Part shown: positions 58,529 through 64,000 of the stretch, piece by piece | Layout: each line of letters begins with the position of its first letter | Numbering within the stretch: the stretch's first letter is position 1 | Source of the DNA: Gammaproteobacteria bacterium | GTDB taxonomy: Bacteria; Pseudomonadota; Gammaproteobacteria; Ga0077536 | DNA: 64,000 nucleotides | NCBI GenBank assembly: GCA_038116745.1 | Contig: JAYODW010000001.1 | Coordinates: forward strand, 38,200 to 102,199 | Direction: 5' to 3' | Notes under the pieces: generated by a model | What the model saw: the letters and a program-made list of their open reading frames with translations, nothing else | Told to the model about the DNA's origin: nothing | Database searches by the model: none | Program-made: the position numbers and the translations under genes

Positions 58529-59272
58529 TCAGGGTTTGCGCAACAGATCGACACGCATCGGGACCTGATATTCAGCGCTGCCGTCGGCGGCCTGGCAGGC
58601 CTCGAACCTGGCTTTGATCTCAGCGAGGGTTGTTGGACTCAAGGCCAGATCGAGATGCGTGGCGCCCAGGATGCGCTGTTCAAAGTCACTGAAGTCTGTG
58701 AAACGACTCGGGGTGAGAAAGAAAATCTCCTCGACGAGCTCCAGATGACCCGCATCGACCGCGCGTTTCACCGCCTCGAACGCCGCTTCGCGTACTACTT
58801 CTTCGTCGTTGAAAAGCCGGATGATTTCGTTGAACTCACCGGCAAATACGGGCTCGGAGATATAGGCCAGACCGCCCTGCTTGAGCACCCGCGCGATTTC
58901 GTCGAGCGCGGTATCAAGCGCAGCCAGCGGCACATGGTGTAGCGATTTGAACATGCATACCACGTCGGCGGAGGCATCGGGGAGCGCAATGGACTCAGCG
59001 CCGCCCAATTCGAAAGAGACCCCCGGCAGGTCGGTACGCTGCTGATGTCTTTCTATCTGTACCGTGTCAACGTCGAAGGCCATTACTGTGCGCCCGCGAT
59101 CGGCGCCCGCCAGGCGCTCGGTGTGTATGGCGGTACCGCAGCCGAGCTCAACGATATTTTTTCCATCGAGCTGCAGCAGCTCGGCGTAGAGTTCATGTTC
59201 GTTGAGGACGCGGTCGGCGTCCGGCGCTTTGAGTTGCATGGGTGCTCCTGTTCTGAGGTTCTTGCCCGTCAT
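58529..59272 (-). CDS. class I SAM-dependent methyltransferase
   Basis: Motif I VELGCGTA. Confidence 0.7.
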   Translation of the reverse strand: MTGKNLRTGAPMQLKAPDADRVLNEHELYAELLQLDGKNIVELGCGTAIHTERLAGADRGRTVMAFDVDTVQIERHQQRTDLPGVSFELGGAESIALPDASADVVCMFKSLHHVPLAALDTALDEIARVLKQGGLAYISEPVFAGEFNEIIRLFNDEEVVREAAFEAVKRAVDAGHLELVEEIFFLTPSRFTDFSDFEQRILGATHLDLALSPTTLAEIKARFEACQAADGSAEYQVPMRVDLLRKP

Positions 59273-59367
59273 CGACGGCGTCAGATCAGTCTAAAGCAGG
59301 TATCTGTGGGTTGACGCGCCTGGTTCGAATCGAACAGTCGTGCGGCCGGGTTTGGTTGTTTCGCGGC

Positions 59368-60510
59368 TCATTGTCCATCTGGGAGCGTTAGCTCCGCGAG
59401 TATCTCGTCGGTGTGTTCGCCGAGCGCTGGAGCAGGGCGTCGGTCGGTGGGCGGAGCACTGTCGAAGCGCGCGGCGGGACGCGGCGCGCGCATGAGGCCG
59501 GCCACGGGGTGGTCAGACTCTTCGATCATCTGGTTGGCGGCCAGCTGCGGTTCGCGCAGCACCTGCTCCATGTTCAGGATCGGTGCGCAGGGCACTTCTT
59601 CCTCACGCAGGCTCTTCAGTGCCTGCTCGCTGCTCAGATCGCGCAGCCCGGCGGCAATCAAGGCGAGCAGCGCCTCGATGTTTTTCACCCTGTCCGGGAT
59701 TGTTTTGAACTGTTCGTCGGCAACCCATTCGGGATGTCCGAGTGCGTGCGCAAGCCCGGCCCATTCCTTGTCAGTGAGCGCGCCGGCAGTGATGTAGCCG
59801 TCAGCCGTCTGAAAGACCAGGTTGAAACCGCCTGGGAGCTTGTTCTCCACGCCTTCTCCGATCAGCGTGTGGTTCCACATGCCGTCAGGCCACAGCCAGG
59901 CGACCATGGCGTCGATCATCGCCAGGCGCACATGGTCGCCCCGGCCATTGCGTTCGCGGGCAAACAGGGCTGCGGCGATGGCCTGGGCGGCGGTAATGGC
60001 GGTGAGCTTATCGGGCAGGATGGTGCGCACCATGTGCGGCGGTCCTTTGTCTCCCTGCAGCGTTGCCATGCCGGACAGGGCCTGGATTACCGGGTCGTAG
60101 ACTCTCTGCTCCACGTACGGGCCGTGATCGCCGAAGCCACTGATAGAGACGTAGATCAGATCGGGCCGCAGCCCGCGCAGCGTCTGTTCCCCGAGTCCGA
60201 TGCGCTCGGCTGCCCCGGGTCGGAAGTTCTGCATGAACACATCGGCGGTCGCGATCAGTGCATGCAGGCGCTCGAGGTCGGCCGGGTTTTTGACATCCAG
60301 CACAACAGAGCGTTTGTTACGGTTGCTTGTGGCGAAAAGGGCGGACATCCCGCCACGCATGGCGCCGAAGTAGCGGATCGGATCGCCGACACCGGGTGGT
60401 TCGACCTTGATCACGTCTGCGCCCTGGTCTCCGAGCAGTCCGGCAGCAAACGGCCCGCTGATCATCTGGGTGGCATCAATAATCCGTATGCCGGTGAGCG
60501 GTCCCGCCAT
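59368..60510 (-). CDS. CoA-transferase family III (CaiB/BaiF-type)
   Basis: GIRIIDATQMISGPFAAGLLGDQGADVIKVE N-terminus, diagnostic of family III CoA transferases. Confidence 0.8.
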   Translation of the reverse strand: MAGPLTGIRIIDATQMISGPFAAGLLGDQGADVIKVEPPGVGDPIRYFGAMRGGMSALFATSNRNKRSVVLDVKNPADLERLHALIATADVFMQNFRPGAAERIGLGEQTLRGLRPDLIYVSISGFGDHGPYVEQRVYDPVIQALSGMATLQGDKGPPHMVRTILPDKLTAITAAQAIAAALFARERNGRGDHVRLAMIDAMVAWLWPDGMWNHTLIGEGVENKLPGGFNLVFQTADGYITAGALTDKEWAGLAHALGHPEWVADEQFKTIPDRVKNIEALLALIAAGLRDLSSEQALKSLREEEVPCAPILNMEQVLREPQLAANQMIEESDHPVAGLMRAPRPAARFDSAPPTDRRPAPALGEHTDEILAELTLPDGQ

Positions 60511-60714
60511 GGTTTCTCTCCTCGGTTTGCGAGGAGTTTGGTCGCACAGCCCCAGCAGGTGCAAGTCAGGTCGCTGCGCGAGTGGACGGTTCGGGAGCGA
60601 ATGTTGCCGGCAGTCTGGTTACGTTTCGAGCTTAAGGCCATTGAAGGCTGCCGGCCGTGGGCGCGGCTCGCTGCGTAACAAGAGCGCCCAGGCTGCGTGC
60701 GGCGCGGGACGGGC

Positions 60715-61211
60715 TCAGTCCGCGCTCGGCGCGAGCGGGCGCGGTGCGATTTTCACTTCCCGTACTGTCGGCGGCGCAAGGCGGGTGCCGGCTCGCTCCA
60801 CTGCATCGATGAGCGCGAGATTCAGCGCTTCCGCAATTTCCAGGTAGAGCACATGGTCAGTCATTGCTATGTGGGCAGAAATCTCAATTTCGAGCGCATC
60901 GCTTGCGAAAGCTTTAAAGCGGACACGGTGTCCCTCAAGAACCCGGTCGTCGCTTTTGCATACGAGCCGTGAAGCGGCCCGCACAGGTTGCGCAGGTCGA
61001 GATACGCCGCGCCGCGAAGATGGTCTGCGTCATCCATGGCGCGCAGAAACGCTGTGAAGCTCCGCCGCGGCGTGTCGCGCTCGAGCGGATCTTCGACAGT
61101 GCGCTGCTCTCCGTTGACCTGAACTGACTGAGAAGTCCCTGCAGCAGGAACGGAAGGCTCAGCTGCGCCGGAGATGTGCAGCGCCAGCAGGAGAGGTCTT
61201 TGGAAATGCAT
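60715..61211 (-). pseudogene. degraded mechanosensitive-channel gene: an N-terminal signal-peptide fragment (60867-61211) and an MscS C-terminal beta-domain fragment (60715-60984) in different frames, with the TM core missing
   Basis: The C-fragment VRFKAFASDALEIEISAHIAMTDH...LAPPTVREV resembles the MscS C-terminal domain. The two ORFs overlap out of frame. Combined length is far below an intact channel. Confidence 0.4.
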
Positions 61212-61383
61212 GCCAGACAGCCCGAGCCCTTTGTATCGACGTCATTATCCCGTATGCGCTCGACTCTGGCCGACGGCGCTGGCGCGGAGCGCAGCGTCGC
61301 GCAGCTCAGGGAACCGGGCAGATCATGCTTTTGAACATCGCGATGAGATCGCTCCCGCCGTGCCGATTGAGTGGTCCGCCGCT

Positions 61384-61411
61384 CTTGAAAATCGCTGCGA
61401 AGCCCCTATCT
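61384..61411 (+). promoter_or_regulatory. sigma-32-type heat-shock promoter for hsp20: CTTGAAA (61384-61390), 13 nt, CCCTATCT (61404-61411)
   Basis: Consensus -35 and 7/8 match at -10, about 38 nt upstream of the hsp20 ATG. Confidence 0.55.
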
Positions 61412-61448
61412 CTGCTTCATCGTCAACAAACAAGTCTGGAGCACTACC

Positions 61449-61895
61449 ATGAGATCTACCCTGTACGAGCCCTTCGTAACCATGCGTCGCCTGCAGGACG
61501 AAATGAACCGCGCTTTTGGCAATGCCCAGTCCGGGACCGAGGACAGCTCGCATTCAGCTGTGAGCCAATGGTCGCCGGCGGTGGATGTCCATGAAGAGAA
61601 GGACCGGTTCCGTATCGTTGCCGATGTGCCCGGCGTCGCGCCTGAGGATATCGAGATAACGCTGGAAAACGGTGTCCTGACTATCTCCGGCGAGCGTCGT
61701 GCCGCGCAAGCGCCGAGCGGAGAGGGCAGCGCACGCCGGGTCGAGCGCGTCTACGGTGCGTTTTTCCGCCGCTTTTCTCTGCCGGATACAACAGACGGTG
61801 ATGCAGTGGAGGCGCGCTGCCATCACGGCGAGCTGGAGATCTGTATCCCGAAGAAAGCCCTGCCGAAGGCGCAGAAAATCAAGGTTGCGCACTGA
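61449..61895 (+). CDS. Hsp20/alpha-crystallin small heat-shock protein
   Basis: Alpha-crystallin domain (FRIVADVPGV...LENGVLTISGER...). 148 aa. Confidence 0.9.
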   Translation: MRSTLYEPFVTMRRLQDEMNRAFGNAQSGTEDSSHSAVSQWSPAVDVHEEKDRFRIVADVPGVAPEDIEITLENGVLTISGERRAAQAPSGEGSARRVERVYGAFFRRFSLPDTTDGDAVEARCHHGELEICIPKKALPKAQKIKVAH

Positions 61896-61911
61896 GCGCA
61901 GACTGACGGAA

Positions 61912-61938
61912 GCCCCGGAGGGTTCAGCTCTCCGGGGC
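61912..61938. terminator. hairpin GCCCCGGAG-(9 nt)-CTCCGGGGC between the convergent hsp20 and mscS; possible bidirectional terminator (no U-tract)
   Basis: 9-bp perfect stem seen in sequence. Confidence 0.3.
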
Positions 61939-61972
61939 GACAGAGCGACGGTGGTCGGGAGTTGGACGTCGC

Positions 61973-62785
61973 TTAACCCGCCCCGCTCAAAGAGAGTGCT
62001 GCCAGCTTTGAGCCAGCGTCATCGAGCGCGCGGTAAATACGGTCATTGATTTTGTAGCTGGTCTCGAAATAGGCCGCGGACGGAATCCAGAAGCGGTACC
62101 CTACGACCACGGCGCCCGGTAAAAAATTCTCGATGCCGACCAGCGGTGGCGGAAGCGCGGAATCTTCAGAGGCTGCGGTCAGCTGCGCTCGGATGGCATC
62201 CGCTGCGGCGGTCGGATCACTCGTCGGGTCCAGATAAACACGCCCTTCGTAGAGACGGTTGGCGTAGGAATTCCGATGAATCTCGCCGACGATGTGTTTG
62301 TTTGGAATGATGATGTCTTCGCCGTCCTCGGCTTGAAGATGGGTCGTGGCGAGATCGATGCTGGATACGATCCCGGAGCAGCCCTGCACTGAAATCGTGT
62401 CCCCCACTCTGAACATGCGGGTCAGAATAATGACCAGTCCCGCACCATAATTTGATACCGGGCCCTGAATAGCGAAGCTGGCACCGACCGCCAGACCACC
62501 GATCGCGGCGATGAGGGGTGTGATGCTGATCCCCAGTTTGGACAAGGCGATGACGGCGAACATCACGATGACCACGAGACGCGCTGCGCTGGCCATCAGC
62601 TGCCGCAACGTAATGTCGACCTGCCGTTTTTCCAGGACATTCAACAGCAGGCGCGATACCCAGCCGCCGCAGATCAGGCCCGCCAGCAGGATGATCACCG
62701 CGCCCGTGATCTGGAACGCGTAGACGACGAGGAAATCGATAATCAGGGAATAGATGTGCTGAACTGTCTCAAGCTCTTTTTCCAC
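61973..62785 (-). CDS. MscS-family small-conductance mechanosensitive channel
   Basis: Three TM helices followed by the MscS beta and alpha-beta domains. Confidence 0.8.
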   Translation of the reverse strand: MEKELETVQHIYSLIIDFLVVYAFQITGAVIILLAGLICGGWVSRLLLNVLEKRQVDITLRQLMASAARLVVIVMFAVIALSKLGISITPLIAAIGGLAVGASFAIQGPVSNYGAGLVIILTRMFRVGDTISVQGCSGIVSSIDLATTHLQAEDGEDIIIPNKHIVGEIHRNSYANRLYEGRVYLDPTSDPTAAADAIRAQLTAASEDSALPPPLVGIENFLPGAVVVGYRFWIPSAAYFETSYKINDRIYRALDDAGSKLAALSLSGAG

Positions 62786-62849
62786 TTATCTGCTCCGTAT
62801 CTTGGGAATGCACGCCCTGCCCGTTCTGCGGGGCATCTTGGCCGGGCGG

Positions 62850-64000
<1,151 letters not shown>

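Noticed and set aside
59322-59335. T-loop-like GGTTCGAATCGAAC, a possible tRNA fragment
   Set aside because: No acceptor stem, no D-loop or A box, and no anticodon arm in the surrounding 80 nt. It is just a short palindrome in an intergenic region.

Overview
GC-rich bacterial chromosomal segment. The Tat and Sec signal peptides and the gene content suggest a Gram-negative sulfur-oxidizing chemolithotroph, probably a gammaproteobacterium. I could support about 60 protein-coding genes. I recognised no rRNA, tRNA, CRISPR array, transposase or integrase. Nearly every ORF longer than 300 aa on the strand opposite a good gene looks like a GC-driven artefact, and I discarded those.

Layout:
- 1-13.5 kb: a complete sulfur-oxidizing heterodisulfide-reductase-like (sHdr) module on one strand, dsrE3-hdrC1-hdrB1-hdrA-hyp-hdrC2-hdrB2-hyp-lbpA. 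It is preceded by its dedicated lipoate-assembly genes: LipS/radical-SAM genes, a geranylgeranyl-reductase-like flavoprotein, an sLpl(AB)-type lipoate-protein ligase, a cysteine-less GATase1-like protein and a VOC protein. It is followed by a YeeE/YedE (SoxT-like) sulfur transporter.
- 13.5-19 kb: GST, an APH-like kinase, a secreted FecR-domain protein, an AT-rich island carrying a perfect 24-bp palindrome, an outer-membrane beta-barrel gene whose signal peptide is out of frame at an A5 tract, and a large Tat-exported hypothetical protein.
- 19.3-25.2 kb: an FrhB-family Fe-S flavoprotein followed by soxXYZAB plus a glcG-like gene. No soxCD is present in this window.
- 25-32 kb: LLM oxidoreductases flanking a four-gene operon of unknown role (secreted polysaccharide deacetylase, DsbA/HCCA-isomerase-like, transglutaminase-like, P-loop protein), plus an aminotransferase.
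- 32.5-35.7 kb: dnaE2 without imuA/imuB, preceded by a LexA box.
- 36-64 kb: thiolase/DUF35/SDR, serC-serA, an AtuA-containing acyl-CoA carboxylase operon whose alpha subunit carries an in-frame TGA, FAH, cupin-CbbO-CbbQ with no RuBisCO or nor genes in view, RidA, LLM, an AEC transporter, an OmpR-type two-component system, htpX and hsp20 each behind a sigma-32-type promoter, a methyltransferase, a CoA-transferase, an MscS remnant next to an intact mscS, and a two-domain PPK2 cut by the window edge.

Most interesting for follow-up:
- the sHdr/lipoate/Sox island and its repeat-bearing AT-rich control regions;
- the pseudo-GATase;
- the FrhB-like gene next to sox;
- the unknown four-gene operon;
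- the two putatively interrupted genes.
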